NCBI GenBank assembly: GCA_029007865.1
Contig: JAQXIQ010000078.1
Span: 1 to 52,334 of the forward strand
Length of the DNA: 52,334 bases
Direction: 5' to 3'
Origin: Bacillota bacterium
Lineage (GTDB): Bacteria > Bacillota > Clostridia > Christensenellales > QALW01
A model generated the notes under the pieces. That model was given only the letters and a program-made list of their open reading frames with translations. It was not told the DNA's origin and ran no database searches. Below are positions 25,170-35,443 of the stretch, piece after piece. Position 1 is the stretch's first letter. Each line of letters opens with the position of its first letter. Position numbers and translations under genes: made by a program.

Positions 25170-27239
25170 ATGAAAAGGAGCTGTTACTGCGGAAGCCTCC
25201 GGCTTTCCGACATAGGCAGGCACATAATTGCTCAGGGCTGGGTCCAGAGCAAGCGCGACATGGGCGGAGTTATCTTTATCGACCTGAGGGACCGAGAAGG
25301 CACGCTTCAGGTGGTCTTTGACGCCTCCAACCTTACAAGGGAGCATTTTGCCGCCGCCGAGCAGCTGAAAAACGAAAGCGTTATCAGCGTAGAGGGCGAC
25401 ATCCGCCACCGCAGCCAGGACACCTACAACCCGCGCATAGCCACGGGCGCCGTTGAGCTCAAGGCGGTCAGCCTGGAGGTGCTCTCCGAGGCGGAGCCCC
25501 TGCCCTTCCCGGTGGACGGTCATGCGCCGGTACGGGACGAGCTGCGGCTTAAATACCGTTTCCTGGACCTGCGCAGGCCCGCCATGCTGCAGAACCTCAG
25601 GCTCCGTCAGGCCATAGTGACCGCCGCGGAGGAATACCTGCGCGCGGACGGCTTCCTGCAGGTGGAAACCCCCATGCTCACCAAGAGCACGCCCGAGGGC
25701 GCACGGGACTATCTTGTCCCCTCCAGGGTGCATCCCGGAGAGTTTTACGCCCTGCCCCAGTCCCCGCAGGTGTTCAAGCAGCTGCTTATGCTGGGCGGGA
25801 TAGACAGGTACTATCAGGTGGCGCGCTGCTTCCGCGACGAGGACCTGCGCGCCGACCGACAGCCGGAATTCACCCAGATAGACATGGAGATGTCCTTTGT
25901 CGGGCAGGAGGATATCCTTGAATTTCTGGAAAAGCTGTTCCGCCACATCTTCAAAAGCGTAAGGGGCAGCTATCCCGAGCCCTTTGCCCGCCTCACCTGG
26001 CAGCAGGCAATGGATAAGTACGGCACCGACAAGCCGGATCTGCGCTTTGATATGCCCATAACCGACATCACCCATATAGCCCGCGGCTGCTCGTTTTCCG
26101 TGTTCCGCAGCGTCTGCGACGCCGGCGGCACCGTGCGTGCGCTCTGCGTCAAGGGCGGAGCCGCCTTTACCCGCGGCACAATAGAGGAGCTTACCGCCAA
26201 GGCTCTCTCCTACGGCGCCAAGGGCATGGCCTGGATAGCCATAAAGGAAAACGGCGAGTATAACTCCATACTGACCAAATACTTTACCCCTGCCGAAATG
26301 CAGGCCATAGTCTCCGAGGTTAAGGCGGAGCCGGGCGATTTCATACTGTTCGGCGCGGACAGCGTTGCGGCGGTGCGCCGGACTCTGGGCCAGCTGCGCC
26401 TGGACATAGCCGACATACAGGGCCTGCGCAGCAGCGAGGATTACAAATTCCTGTTTGTCACCGACTTTCCCATGTTTGAATACTCCGAGACGGAAAAGCG
26501 CTTTATGGCCATGCATCACCCCTTTACCATGCCCTACGCCGAGGATCTGCAGTACCTGTTTTCCGACCCGGCCAGGGTGCGCTCTCAGGCCTACGATGTG
26601 GTGCTTAACGGCACGGAGCTGGGCAGCGGCAGCATCAGAATACACCGCCGCGACATCCAGCAGACGGTATTTGAGGCTCTGGGCTTTTCGGACGACGAGA
26701 TACAGAAGCGCTTCGGCTTTTTCGTGGACGCCTTCAGATACGGCGCACCCCCGCACGGCGGCTTTGCCTTCGGGCTGGACCGCTTTACCATGCTGCTTGC
26801 CGGCGCGCAGTCGCTGCGCGACGTTATAGCCTTCCCCAAGCTCAAGGACGCCTCCTGCCCGATGACATGCGCACCGGGCACGGTAAGTGCGCAGCAGCTT
26901 GCCGAGCTTTCCCTTGCTCCCTCGGAGCAGAGCGAAGCACATTCAGCGCGCAGGGCCGCGGTGGAGGTGGACACGCGGCGCACCGCGGCGCTGTCCAAGC
27001 TGTCCGTTGACAGCTCGCAGCAAGCGGATATGAAAAAATCCCTTGAGGAAATGGCGGGCTTCGCCTCCCAGCTTTTGCAGGCCGGAGGCAGCGAGCAGTG
27101 CACGGAATTCGTAGGGCCTCTGCGCAACGTGCTGCGCGAGGACGAGGTCATCCCCTGCGCAGGCGGAGGCACCGACCTGCTCGCCGGAGCTCCGGAGGCG
27201 GCAGAGGGCTGCATTTTCGTACCCAAGGTGGTACAGTAA
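25170..27239 (+). CDS. aspS: Aspartate--tRNA ligase fused to a C-terminal GatC domain
   Basis: The ATG at 25170 lies downstream of the T-box terminator. The AspRS part has an OB anticodon domain, class-II motifs (FRDEDLRADRQPEFTQID; GLDRFTMLL...AFPK) and a GAD insert. The last 92 aa (26961-27236) carry GatC signatures (LSKLSV, LRNVLREDEV, FVPKVV). Confidence 0.9.
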   Translation: MKRSCYCGSLRLSDIGRHIIAQGWVQSKRDMGGVIFIDLRDREGTLQVVFDASNLTREHFAAAEQLKNESVISVEGDIRHRSQDTYNPRIATGAVELKAVSLEVLSEAEPLPFPVDGHAPVRDELRLKYRFLDLRRPAMLQNLRLRQAIVTAAEEYLRADGFLQVETPMLTKSTPEGARDYLVPSRVHPGEFYALPQSPQVFKQLLMLGGIDRYYQVARCFRDEDLRADRQPEFTQIDMEMSFVGQEDILEFLEKLFRHIFKSVRGSYPEPFARLTWQQAMDKYGTDKPDLRFDMPITDITHIARGCSFSVFRSVCDAGGTVRALCVKGGAAFTRGTIEELTAKALSYGAKGMAWIAIKENGEYNSILTKYFTPAEMQAIVSEVKAEPGDFILFGADSVAAVRRTLGQLRLDIADIQGLRSSEDYKFLFVTDFPMFEYSETEKRFMAMHHPFTMPYAEDLQYLFSDPARVRSQAYDVVLNGTELGSGSIRIHRRDIQQTVFEALGFSDDEIQKRFGFFVDAFRYGAPPHGGFAFGLDRFTMLLAGAQSLRDVIAFPKLKDASCPMTCAPGTVSAQQLAELSLAPSEQSEAHSARRAAVEVDTRRTAALSKLSVDSSQQADMKKSLEEMAGFASQLLQAGGSEQCTEFVGPLRNVLREDEVIPCAGGGTDLLAGAPEAAEGCIFVPKVVQ

Positions 27240-27320
27240 TTCCGGGCGCACTGTGCGCAAGCCGGCCACGCACCGCGCAAGCCGGCCGCATACTCCATCA
27301 AACAGAAACGGAGAACAGCT

Positions 27321-28766
27321 ATGAGTCAGATAACTTCCTACACAGTAACCCAGCTTATAAGCCAGAAGAAGCAAGGCCTTACCAGCCTTGATATAACCCT
27401 TGCCTATCTTGAGCGCATAAAGGCAAGCGGCAATAACGCCTATATCACCGTGACCGAGGAACAGGCGCTGCGGCAGGCAAAGGAGGCCGACGCGCGCACC
27501 GACGCCGGAGACTTAAGCGGCATCCCCTGCGCGATAAAGGACAACATCTGCACCAAAGGCATACGCACCACCTGCGCCTCCCGGATGCTGGAAAGCTTTG
27601 TTCCGCCATACAGCGCCACCGTTGCGGAGAAGCTGAATGCCGCGGGCTGCGTGACCCTGGGCAAGCTGAACATGGACGAGTTCGCCATGGGCTCCTCCAC
27701 CGAGACCAGCTATTTCGGCCCGACGCTCAACCCGCGCAATACCCTGTTCGTGCCCGGCGGCAGCTCGGGCGGCAGCGCGGCGGCGGTTGCGGCCTGCGAG
27801 GCTCCGTTTGCGCTGGGCAGCGACACCGGCGGTTCCATACGCCAGCCCGCCGCATTTTGCGGAGTGGTGGGCATGAAGCCCACCTACGGCCGCGTTTCCC
27901 GCAACGGGCTTGTGGCCTTTGCCTCGTCTCTTGACCAGATAGGCCCCATCACCCGCTGCGTGCAGGATAACGCCCTGATTCTGGACAGTATATGCGGGCT
28001 TGACCCCATGGACTCCACCAGTCTGGACTCACCGGCCGACTGCTCCTCCGATATCGGCAAGGATATAAAGGGTCTGCGCGTGGCTCTGCCGCCCGAGTTT
28101 CTCTCGCACGGCGTAAGCGATGAGGTGCGCTCTGCCATACTCAATGCGGCGCATACTCTGGAAGCCCTGGGAGCCGTGGTAACCCAGGAGCCCATGCCGT
28201 CGCTGCAGTACGCCCTGCCCGCCTACTATGTCATATCCTCCGCCGAGGCCTCCAGCAACCTGGCTCGCTTTGACGGCGTAAAATACGGCTACCGCACAAA
28301 GAATTTCGAAAGCATAGACGACATTTACAAAAACAGCCGCTCCGAGGGCTTCGGCAGCGAGGTCAAGCGCCGCATAATGCTGGGCTCCTTCGTGCTGAGC
28401 GCCGGCTACAGGGACGCCTACTACAAAAAGGCTCTCAGCGTGCGCACGGCGGTTATAAACGATTTTAAGCGGGTGTTCTCAAAGTGCGACTGCATACTCT
28501 CCCCTGTAGCACCCACTGCGGCATGGAAGCTGGGGCAGCACATGAGCGACCCCATGGCCATGTATATGGCGGATGTCTTTACAGTTCCGGTAAACATTGC
28601 GGGGCTGCCGGCGCTTTCTCTGCCCTGCGGGATAGGCGCAGGCAGTCTGCCCATAGGCGCACAGCTCATAGGCGACCGCCTGTCCGAAAGGCTGCTCTAC
28701 CGGTGCGGCTACGCCCTGGAGCAGGCGTTAAACATAACTTTTGACAAGGAGGACAAGTCCAGATGA
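27321..28766 (+). CDS. gatA: Asp/Glu-tRNA amidotransferase subunit A
   Basis: Amidase signature [12 protein letters not shown]; the sequence is GatA-like throughout. Confidence 0.95.
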   Translation: MSQITSYTVTQLISQKKQGLTSLDITLAYLERIKASGNNAYITVTEEQALRQAKEADARTDAGDLSGIPCAIKDNICTKGIRTTCASRMLESFVPPYSATVAEKLNAAGCVTLGKLNMDEFAMGSSTETSYFGPTLNPRNTLFVPGGSSGGSAAAVAACEAPFALGSDTGGSIRQPAAFCGVVGMKPTYGRVSRNGLVAFASSLDQIGPITRCVQDNALILDSICGLDPMDSTSLDSPADCSSDIGKDIKGLRVALPPEFLSHGVSDEVRSAILNAAHTLEALGAVVTQEPMPSLQYALPAYYVISSAEASSNLARFDGVKYGYRTKNFESIDDIYKNSRSEGFGSEVKRRIMLGSFVLSAGYRDAYYKKALSVRTAVINDFKRVFSKCDCILSPVAPTAAWKLGQHMSDPMAMYMADVFTVPVNIAGLPALSLPCGIGAGSLPIGAQLIGDRLSERLLYRCGYALEQALNITFDKEDKSR

Positions 28767-30199
28767 ACGGTTACGAAATGGTCATAGGTCTGGAGACCCA
28801 TATCGAGCTTAAAACCAAATCCAAGATATTCTGCTCCTGTTCAACAGCCTTCGGAGCGGCGCCCAATACCCAGGTCTGCCCCGTATGCACGGGTATGCCG
28901 GGTACCCTTCCGGTGCTTAACGCCCAGGCTGTGGATTACGCCGTGACCGCAGGTCTTGCCACAAACTGCACCATTGCCTCCTTTTCCAAGCTGGACCGCA
29001 AGAATTATTTCTATCCCGACCTGCCCAAGGCATACCAGATATCGCAGTACGACCTGCCGCTGTGCAGCAACGGTTATCTCACGATCGAGACCCCGGAGGG
29101 TGAAAAGCGCATCGGCATAACCCGCATACACATCGAGGAGGACGCGGGCAAGCTCATCCACGGCAAGGAGGGCACCTATATCGATTTTAACCGCTGCGGC
29201 GTACCCCTTATCGAGGTGGTCAGCGAGCCCGACCTGCGCAGCGCCGCCGAAGTCAAGGCATACCTGCAGAAGCTGCGCGCCATAATGCTTTACATCGGCG
29301 TGTCGGACTGCAGGATGAACGAGGGCTCTCTGCGCTGCGACGTTAACCTTTCGGTGCGCAAAAAGGGCGAGCAGGCCTTCGGCACCCGCTGCGAAATGAA
29401 AAACCTGAACTCCTTTGTGTTTATCACCAAGGCCATAGAATACGAATTCCGGCGCCAGTGCGAGCTGCTGGAGCACGGCGGACGGGTGGAGCAGGAAACC
29501 CGCCGCTTTGACCAGGCGACCGGCAAGACCTACTCCATGCGCTCCAAGGAGGAGGCGGACGACTACCGATATTTCCCCGACCCGGATCTGCCGCCAATAG
29601 AGATCACTCCCCAGAGGCTGGAGCGTCTGCGCAGTGCCATTCCGCAGCTTCCCGACAAGCGCAAGCAGGATTATATACGCCTCTTCGGGCTCCCCTCCTC
29701 CTGCGCCGAATTGCTGGTGTCGGACAAATACGTCGCCGATTACTTTGAGCAGGCCGCTCCGCTGTGCCGCGATAAAGTCGAGCTTGCCAACCTGATAACG
29801 GGGGAGATATTCCGCCTTATGGGAGAGAATAACGCATCCGTAATCCCGGTAAGCCCCGCGCATCTTGCAAAGGCCGCGGACATGGCGTCGGAGGGCGAGA
29901 TCAACAGAGGCACCGCCAAAAAGCTGATAGCCGCTCTCTGGGAGGAAAACTGCGACCCGGCAGAATATGTGCGCAGGCATAATCTGCGCCAGATAAACGA
30001 CCCGGACACCCTGACGGAGCTGTGCCGCAAGGCCGTTGAGCAAAACCCGCAGGCACTCCGGGATTACCTGGGAGGCAAGCAGGCCGCGCTCCAGGCGCTG
30101 CTGGGCAAGGCAATGGGGCTGGCCTCCGGTCAGGCCAACCCGGCGCTGCTGCGGCAGAAGATGGACGAGCTGTTAAAGGAGCAGGCCGAGGGCAAATAG
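28763..30199 (+). CDS. gatB: Asp/Glu-tRNA amidotransferase subunit B
   Basis: A 4-nt overlap links it to gatA. The N-terminus [10 protein letters not shown]...[15 protein letters not shown] and the C-terminal YqeY-like tail are GatB-like. Confidence 0.95.
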   Translation: MNGYEMVIGLETHIELKTKSKIFCSCSTAFGAAPNTQVCPVCTGMPGTLPVLNAQAVDYAVTAGLATNCTIASFSKLDRKNYFYPDLPKAYQISQYDLPLCSNGYLTIETPEGEKRIGITRIHIEEDAGKLIHGKEGTYIDFNRCGVPLIEVVSEPDLRSAAEVKAYLQKLRAIMLYIGVSDCRMNEGSLRCDVNLSVRKKGEQAFGTRCEMKNLNSFVFITKAIEYEFRRQCELLEHGGRVEQETRRFDQATGKTYSMRSKEEADDYRYFPDPDLPPIEITPQRLERLRSAIPQLPDKRKQDYIRLFGLPSSCAELLVSDKYVADYFEQAAPLCRDKVELANLITGEIFRLMGENNASVIPVSPAHLAKAADMASEGEINRGTAKKLIAALWEENCDPAEYVRRHNLRQINDPDTLTELCRKAVEQNPQALRDYLGGKQAALQALLGKAMGLASGQANPALLRQKMDELLKEQAEGK

Positions 30200-30270
30200 C
30201 ACGTCAAGCTGACGCGGTTTATAAAATTTTCGGCTATGCGCTTTTTCCGGGCAGGAAGGAGCGACGGAAC

Positions 30271-30296
30271 GGGGACGGCAAACCGTCCCCTTTTTC
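30271..30296 (+). terminator. Intrinsic terminator after gatB
   Basis: GGGGACGG-caaa-CCGTCCCC followed by TTTTT. Confidence 0.85.
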
Positions 30297-30315
30297 TATC
30301 CTACCCTCCCCTTCC

Positions 30316-30345
30316 CTAATCTAATCTATCCTAATCTAATCTATC
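30316..30345. repeat. 15-bp tandem repeat, 2 copies (CTAATCTAATCTATC)
   Basis: Exact copies at 30316-30330 and 30331-30345. Confidence 0.9.
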
Positions 30346-30354
30346 CTTCCCTGT

Positions 30355-30571
30355 GTCTCCGGTTTGGCTCCGGTTTGTCTCCGGTCTGTCTCCGGTTTGT
30401 CTCCGGTCTGTCTCCGGTTTGTCTCCGGTCTGTCTCCGGTTTGTCTCCGGTTTGTCTCCGGTTTGTCTCCGGTTTGTCTCCGGTTTGTCTCCGGTTTGTC
30501 TCCGGTTTGTCTCCGGTCTGTCTCCGGTCTGTCTCCGGTTTGGCTCCGGTCTGTCTCCGGTTTGGCTCCGG
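30355..30571. repeat. 11-bp tandem repeat, about 19-20 copies (GTCTCCGGTYT)
   Basis: The array is uninterrupted with only T/C and T/G variants. It has no stop codon in any of the six frames, which explains the overlapping artefactual ORFs. Confidence 0.95.
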
Positions 30572-30758
30572 AAAGCAAAATAACGCCGCCCGGCACCGGA
30601 AAACCGTTTTCCCGGACGCTTAGACGGCGGAAAAGACACAAAAAACACAATATGCGGCATGCGGCATTGTGTTTAGCATAATTTATGCTATAATATATAC
30701 GGGAGCGCCGGACGGATCGCGCATTCCCAAAATTCCGCAGTGCTTTCATGAGGTTACA

Positions 30759-32339
30759 TTGGAAAACAAAAATGCTGCCCGCTTTGTAAAGGGCGCTGCC
30801 ATACTGGCGGCGGCGGGCGTAATATGCAAAATAATAGGCGCGGTATACCGGATACCGCTTACCAACCTTATCGGCACCGAAGCCATGGGGATATACTCCA
30901 AGGCTTATCTGCTCTACTCTCTGCTGTGGGTGGTTTCCACCTCGGGGCTGCCCTCCGCCATTTCCAAAAAAGTGGCGGAATACCGCAGTGCCGGAGACCC
31001 GGGAGGCGCCAGACGGCTGTTTCTGCTCTCCCAAAGGCTCCTGCTTGCGCTGGGGGCGGTCTTTACCCTGCTGATGATACTGTTTTCCGACGTCATTGCC
31101 CGCTCCCTGGGTATATCGGAGGGCGGAATCGCAGTAATTTGCATCGCGCCCTCCCTGCTGCTGGTGGCCGCCGCGTCCTACATGGGCTATTTTCAGGGAA
31201 TGCAGCAGATGCTTCCCACCGCCGTGTCCCAGGTCATAGGCTCGTCCGGAAAGCTGGCCCTGGGCATCACTCTGGCTCTGCTGCTGAGGGACAGGGGGCC
31301 TGTTTACGCCGCGTCGGGCGCCCTGCTGGGCGTTACAGTCAGCGAGCTGATATCGGTTATATATATACACGCCAAGTACCGCAGATGGGACAAAAAACAC
31401 CCCTGTCCGCCTCCTGAGGACTGCCGCAGGCCCGCAGCACTGCTCAGGGAGCTGATACGCCTCGCCCTGCCCATAACGCTGTGCGGCGCGGTAATACCCC
31501 TGCTCAACACTCTGGACGCTTATCTTGTGACCTACTGTCTTGCCTTCAAAGGTTACGCGGAAGCGCAGATAAATGCGATGTACGGCGTGCTCAACGGCAT
31601 GGTAAGCTGTCTTGTAAATGTACCGGGCTCCATCGCGCTGTCGGTTTCCGCCTCGCTGCTGCCGCTGGTAAGCGGGTGTAAGTACAAAAACGACAGCCGG
31701 GGCATAGCCTTTTCCTCCTCGTTTGCGGTAAAGCTGGCGCTTATTCTGGGGCTGCCCTGCGCCATCGGGCTGTTTGTGCTGGCCGAGCCCATAATAGGCT
31801 TTCTGTACCCGGTAAGCGCAGCCGTGACCGCCGCACAGCAGCAGCTTGCCGTAACCCTTTTGCGATGCGTCTGCCCCGCAATAATAGGCCTGTGTCTGAT
31901 GCATTCCCTGACCGGTGCGCTTCAGGGTGCCGGAAAGACCGGACTGCCCCTTATATCCGCAGCCGTCGCAGCCGTCATCAAGCTGGTTCTGGGCGCGGTG
32001 CTGATGCTGTTTACCCCCCTTGACATTATAGGCGCGCCCGTTGCCTCCAGTGTCTGTTTTCTTGTTGCGGGGCTGCTGAATGTGATATTTGCATACCGCC
32101 ACTGCGGACTGCGGCTGCGCCTGCGTGAGCTGCTCCCTGTTGCCGGAGCCGCCTCGGTAATGGCATGCGTATGTCTTGCCGCTCAGTTTTTAAGCCGGTT
32201 TGCGCTCAGCACCCCCGCTATGCTTATAACTGTTGCGGTGTGCGCATGCGTATACTTCGGTCTGCTTTACGCCTTCAAGGCTCTCTCCGCCGACGAGCTT
32301 GCACTGCTCCCCTTTGATTTCAGACGCCGCCGCAAATAA
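30759..32339 (+). CDS. MOP-superfamily flippase (MurJ/SpoVB-like polysaccharide or lipid II flippase)
   Basis: GAGG lies 5 nt before the TTG at 30759. The N-terminus FVKGAAILAAAGVICKIIGAVYRIPLTNLIG and ~14 TM helices fit the family. The ATG at 30669 would add 30 non-conserved residues and overlaps the promoter-like TATAAT at 30689. Confidence 0.8.
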   Translation: MENKNAARFVKGAAILAAAGVICKIIGAVYRIPLTNLIGTEAMGIYSKAYLLYSLLWVVSTSGLPSAISKKVAEYRSAGDPGGARRLFLLSQRLLLALGAVFTLLMILFSDVIARSLGISEGGIAVICIAPSLLLVAAASYMGYFQGMQQMLPTAVSQVIGSSGKLALGITLALLLRDRGPVYAASGALLGVTVSELISVIYIHAKYRRWDKKHPCPPPEDCRRPAALLRELIRLALPITLCGAVIPLLNTLDAYLVTYCLAFKGYAEAQINAMYGVLNGMVSCLVNVPGSIALSVSASLLPLVSGCKYKNDSRGIAFSSSFAVKLALILGLPCAIGLFVLAEPIIGFLYPVSAAVTAAQQQLAVTLLRCVCPAIIGLCLMHSLTGALQGAGKTGLPLISAAVAAVIKLVLGAVLMLFTPLDIIGAPVASSVCFLVAGLLNVIFAYRHCGLRLRLRELLPVAGAASVMACVCLAAQFLSRFALSTPAMLITVAVCACVYFGLLYAFKALSADELALLPFDFRRRRK

Positions 32340-32350
32340 GGCCTGCTCCG

Positions 32351-32425
32351 GCATATACGGCTCAATCATATACGGCTCAATCAAATATGGCTTAATCAAA
32401 TATGGCTCAATTATATACGGCTTAA
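32351..32425. repeat. 15-bp tandem repeat, 5 copies (CATATACGGCTCAAT and variants)
   Basis: Units start at 32351, 32366, 32381, 32396 and 32411, in the spacer between convergent genes. Confidence 0.9.
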
Positions 32426-32463
32426 TTATTAAAAGCGCACGCAATACGGCGCGCGCTTGACCT

Positions 32464-32919
32464 TTATTCCGTATCCGGGTTTGCGGCGGATTTATCCTGC
32501 CCTGCCCGCGCCAGAGGTCTTGCGTTCTTACCGCTGCGCACGCCGGCTCTGTCCGCCCCGTCCAGCATGGAGCACATCAGCATGGCCGGAATGCTCAGCG
32601 CCATCCACGCCAGCGTAAACTGAGGGCATATCTGACCGCAGATATTTAAGGGCTTATCGGAATAATCCCAGACGTTCATATCAAGCAGCTTGTTTACCAC
32701 AAGTCCGACGGCAAATTCCACGGCCGTTATCGCCGCACCCCCTGCGGCTCCGCGCAGCAGGAGGCTTTTATCCTTCATGCGCCGGTTTACCGCGCCCAGA
32801 AGCAGCAGGCAGGCTCCTCCGGTAAGCGCCATGGTGTAATGAGTCCTGCCCCTGTAGGCCAGCTCTATGGCGCAATAGGCCAGACCTCCGAATACAAAAA
32901 TACCTGCCCGTTTAAGCAT
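32464..32919 (-). CDS. Small polytopic membrane protein (resembles the putative ABC-transporter type IV / DUF1113 family)
   Basis: GGAAAGGA precedes the ATG at 32919. The protein has four TM helices and the motif NVWDYS...CPQFTLAW. The longer ORF has no RBS. Confidence 0.55.
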   Translation of the reverse strand: MLKRAGIFVFGGLAYCAIELAYRGRTHYTMALTGGACLLLLGAVNRRMKDKSLLLRGAAGGAAITAVEFAVGLVVNKLLDMNVWDYSDKPLNICGQICPQFTLAWMALSIPAMLMCSMLDGADRAGVRSGKNARPLARAGQDKSAANPDTE

Positions 32920-33167
32920 AAAAACCGCGTCCTTTCCTATAAGCGCAAAGCGCTTTACGGTTATTTTGCCACGCCCGGGATAAATTATACGCGCGTTTGC
33001 TATGCCGGGGCTGTAGCTCTGTCTGACGGCAAGCGGAAAGACAGAAAAAAAATCTCCGTCACTCTTTTGTAACGGAGAGTTCCGCATCAAAACGGCGCAG
33101 ATCCGGCCAAAGACCGTCAGCGCCTGGAATAATACGGTTTTATTTCACGCACAGGAAGAATACAGGG

Positions 33168-34127
33168 CTATTTTACGATAATATAGCTCTCGTTATAATC
33201 AAAAAGTCCGGTATTAAGGTACCTTTCGCCGGTATCGGGAAGCACCGCAACTATCATTTTATCCTCGTTGCCCGGCATTCTGGAAAGCTGTGTGGCGGCA
33301 TATATGACGGCTCCGGAGGAAATACCGGCCAGAATGCCGTCATTAGAGGCTATGCCCACGCAGCAGCCATAAGCGCAGGCGCTGCTGACCGGATAAACCT
33401 CGTCGATGACATTTATGTTTACAAGCGGAGGCATCTCGCCGGTGCTTATGCCCCTGATGCCGTGAGGCACGGGCATTTTGTTGCTCAGCAGCATCTGCCC
33501 CTCCTCGGCCTCCACCGCCACTACCTGGACGCTTTTCTTTTTTCTCTTGAGCGCCTCGCCTATTCCGGTAATGGTGGCTCCGCTGCCCACTCCGGCCACC
33601 AGAATATCCACCGCTCCGCCGGTATCACGCCATATCTCGGAGGCTATGGGCCTGTATGCCGCCACGGCGGCGGTATTATAAAACAGCCTTGGGCGGAAGG
33701 CGTCCGGATTGCTGCGGCACAGCTCGTCCGCCTTGCGGTTGGCTCCCATCATGCCCTGACTGCCCGGAGTAAGCACCACCTGCACTCCGTAGGCATGCAG
33801 CAGAGAGTAGCGCTCATTATCCTCGGTATCCGCCATAACTATTACTAACTTGTAGTTCTTTGCGGCGCAGACCACTGCAAGACCGACTGCCGTGTTCAGG
33901 TTTGCCGCTTCGATTACAAGCTCGTTATGCTCGCCCAGCTTGCCCTGCTTTTCCGCACGTTCTATGGAATAAAGCGCCGCGCGCACCTTAATGCTGCCGC
34001 CGGGATTTTCGCCCTCCAGCTTGGCATAAATATTGCGTTTTATATGGGACATATCGCAGTAGGAATTGAGGCGCACAAGCGGAGTATTGCCTATGCGATC
34101 CAGTATACCGTCAAATAATCTCGCCAT
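33168..34127 (-). CDS. Cysteine synthase / PLP-dependent beta-synthase family protein
   Basis: IGNTPLVRL, NPGGSIKVR (PLP lysine) and GVGSGATITG (phosphate loop). Confidence 0.8.
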   Translation of the reverse strand: MARLFDGILDRIGNTPLVRLNSYCDMSHIKRNIYAKLEGENPGGSIKVRAALYSIERAEKQGKLGEHNELVIEAANLNTAVGLAVVCAAKNYKLVIVMADTEDNERYSLLHAYGVQVVLTPGSQGMMGANRKADELCRSNPDAFRPRLFYNTAAVAAYRPIASEIWRDTGGAVDILVAGVGSGATITGIGEALKRKKKSVQVVAVEAEEGQMLLSNKMPVPHGIRGISTGEMPPLVNINVIDEVYPVSSACAYGCCVGIASNDGILAGISSGAVIYAATQLSRMPGNEDKMIVAVLPDTGERYLNTGLFDYNESYIIVK

Positions 34128-34270
34128 TGCTGCTCCGTTCCGCCGCTGCGCATAAATATTTGTATGCAGCGCAGCCCCTGCAGCGGCAGTACGGGGATGC
34201 GCATGGAATTACGGTTTTATTGAAGGCTCAAACGGCTCGCGCTTTTATTGCGCAGCACCGCCTTCCGCCT

Positions 34271-35215
34271 TCAGGCGCGCACGGCGCATATGGCCGCCCA
34301 ACCCTCCTGCTGCAAAAGCTTTTCTGCGGCAAAACCGTTTGCGTTAAGGCAGCGGACTACCTCCTCCACCCTCTCGTCGATGATGCCGGAAACGATATAC
34401 CGTCCGCCGGGCGCCAGCAGCGCCGGAACGTCCGGAGTAAGCCGCATGACTATATCCGCCACGATATTTGCCGTGACGATGTCGTACTTGCCGGTAACTC
34501 CCGCCGCAAGATCGGCCTGGCGGAAGTCTGCCCTGTCCTGCACGCCGTTGCGCAGCGCCGTCTGCTGAGCGACGTTTACCGAGTTGAGGTCAATGTCCAC
34601 CCCAAGGGCTTTATCGGCGCCCAGCAGCAGTGCCGCAACGGCAAGTATTCCGCTGCCGCAGCCCACATCCAGCACGCTTTTGCCCTTGCAGTCCATACCG
34701 TCCAGCAGCGTCAGACACAGCTTTGTGGTGGCGTGGCCTCCCGTGCCAAAGGCGCTGCCCGGGTCTATGCTGAGCACCTTTCGCCCCGAAGCATTGTCAT
34801 AATCCTCCCAGGAGGGACAGACCGTCAGCCTGTCGCCTATCTCGATGGGATGAAAATACTTTTTCCAGGCGTTGGCCCAGTCCTCCTCGTTAACGGTGCC
34901 CGTTTTTACGCTCAGGGGGCCAAGGTCCAGCTCGGTTTCCCGCTTTTTGAAGTCCGCCAGCACATTCCTGATAAGCAGCACGGTCTCTCTGCCCTGCTCG
35001 TTATCCGCAAGATAGACCTTTACGGTGACGCCCTCCCCGCGCTCAAGCAGGGAGTCGTCGACATAGTCCCACAGCTCGCGGTTATGCTGCATAAAATCCG
35101 TCAGGTCGGCTTTGTCCTCCACCGCCCAACAGTTGACCCCGCATGACAGAAGCACGCCTCCTACGGCCTCGCAGGCCTGATGAGTAGTTGCTATTGACAG
35201 CTCAAACCATTCCAT
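34271..35215 (-). CDS. prmA: Ribosomal protein L11 methyltransferase
   Basis: RBS GGAAGGAAG precedes the ATG at 35215. The protein shows MEWFELSI, IDPGSAFGTGGHATT and the SAM motif VLDVGCGSGILA. Confidence 0.9.
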   Translation of the reverse strand: MEWFELSIATTHQACEAVGGVLLSCGVNCWAVEDKADLTDFMQHNRELWDYVDDSLLERGEGVTVKVYLADNEQGRETVLLIRNVLADFKKRETELDLGPLSVKTGTVNEEDWANAWKKYFHPIEIGDRLTVCPSWEDYDNASGRKVLSIDPGSAFGTGGHATTKLCLTLLDGMDCKGKSVLDVGCGSGILAVAALLLGADKALGVDIDLNSVNVAQQTALRNGVQDRADFRQADLAAGVTGKYDIVTANIVADIVMRLTPDVPALLAPGGRYIVSGIIDERVEEVVRCLNANGFAAEKLLQQEGWAAICAVRA

Positions 35216-35443
35216 ATTGTATCTTCCTTCCGTGCAATCGCGCGGCGGAAACCGCCGCGGGGTGAAATCCTTCAGTGCATAATTACAAAGAGGTGTTTTA
35301 CTGCGGATTAAATATCCTTTGCGATATTTTAACAGAAAAAAGCATGCTGCGCAACCGCAACATGCCCTAAAAAGCCGCATAAGTATCATTTTTCAAAAGC
35401 CGCTGCTGAGCACGGCCGCCTCAGGCTTCCGTTTGGCCGTATG

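Noticed and set aside
24840-26942. 700 aa ORF on the minus strand
   Set aside because: It is antisense to aspS and runs through the T-box leader. The composition is that of an antisense-frame artefact, and it has no RBS or recognisable domains.
30355-30571. Tandem arrays (here and at 41421-41520 and 21071-21181) as CRISPR arrays
   Set aside because: The units are directly abutting with no unique spacers. They are far shorter than CRISPR repeats, and no cas genes are present.
30336-32102. 588 aa minus-strand ORF and several 76-109 aa ORFs encoding PETNRRQTGDK / SGLSPVCLRFV repeats
   Set aside because: These ORFs exist only because the 11-bp repeat has no stop codon in any frame. Six overlapping frames cannot all be coding, none has an RBS, and the long ORF is otherwise antisense to the flippase gene.
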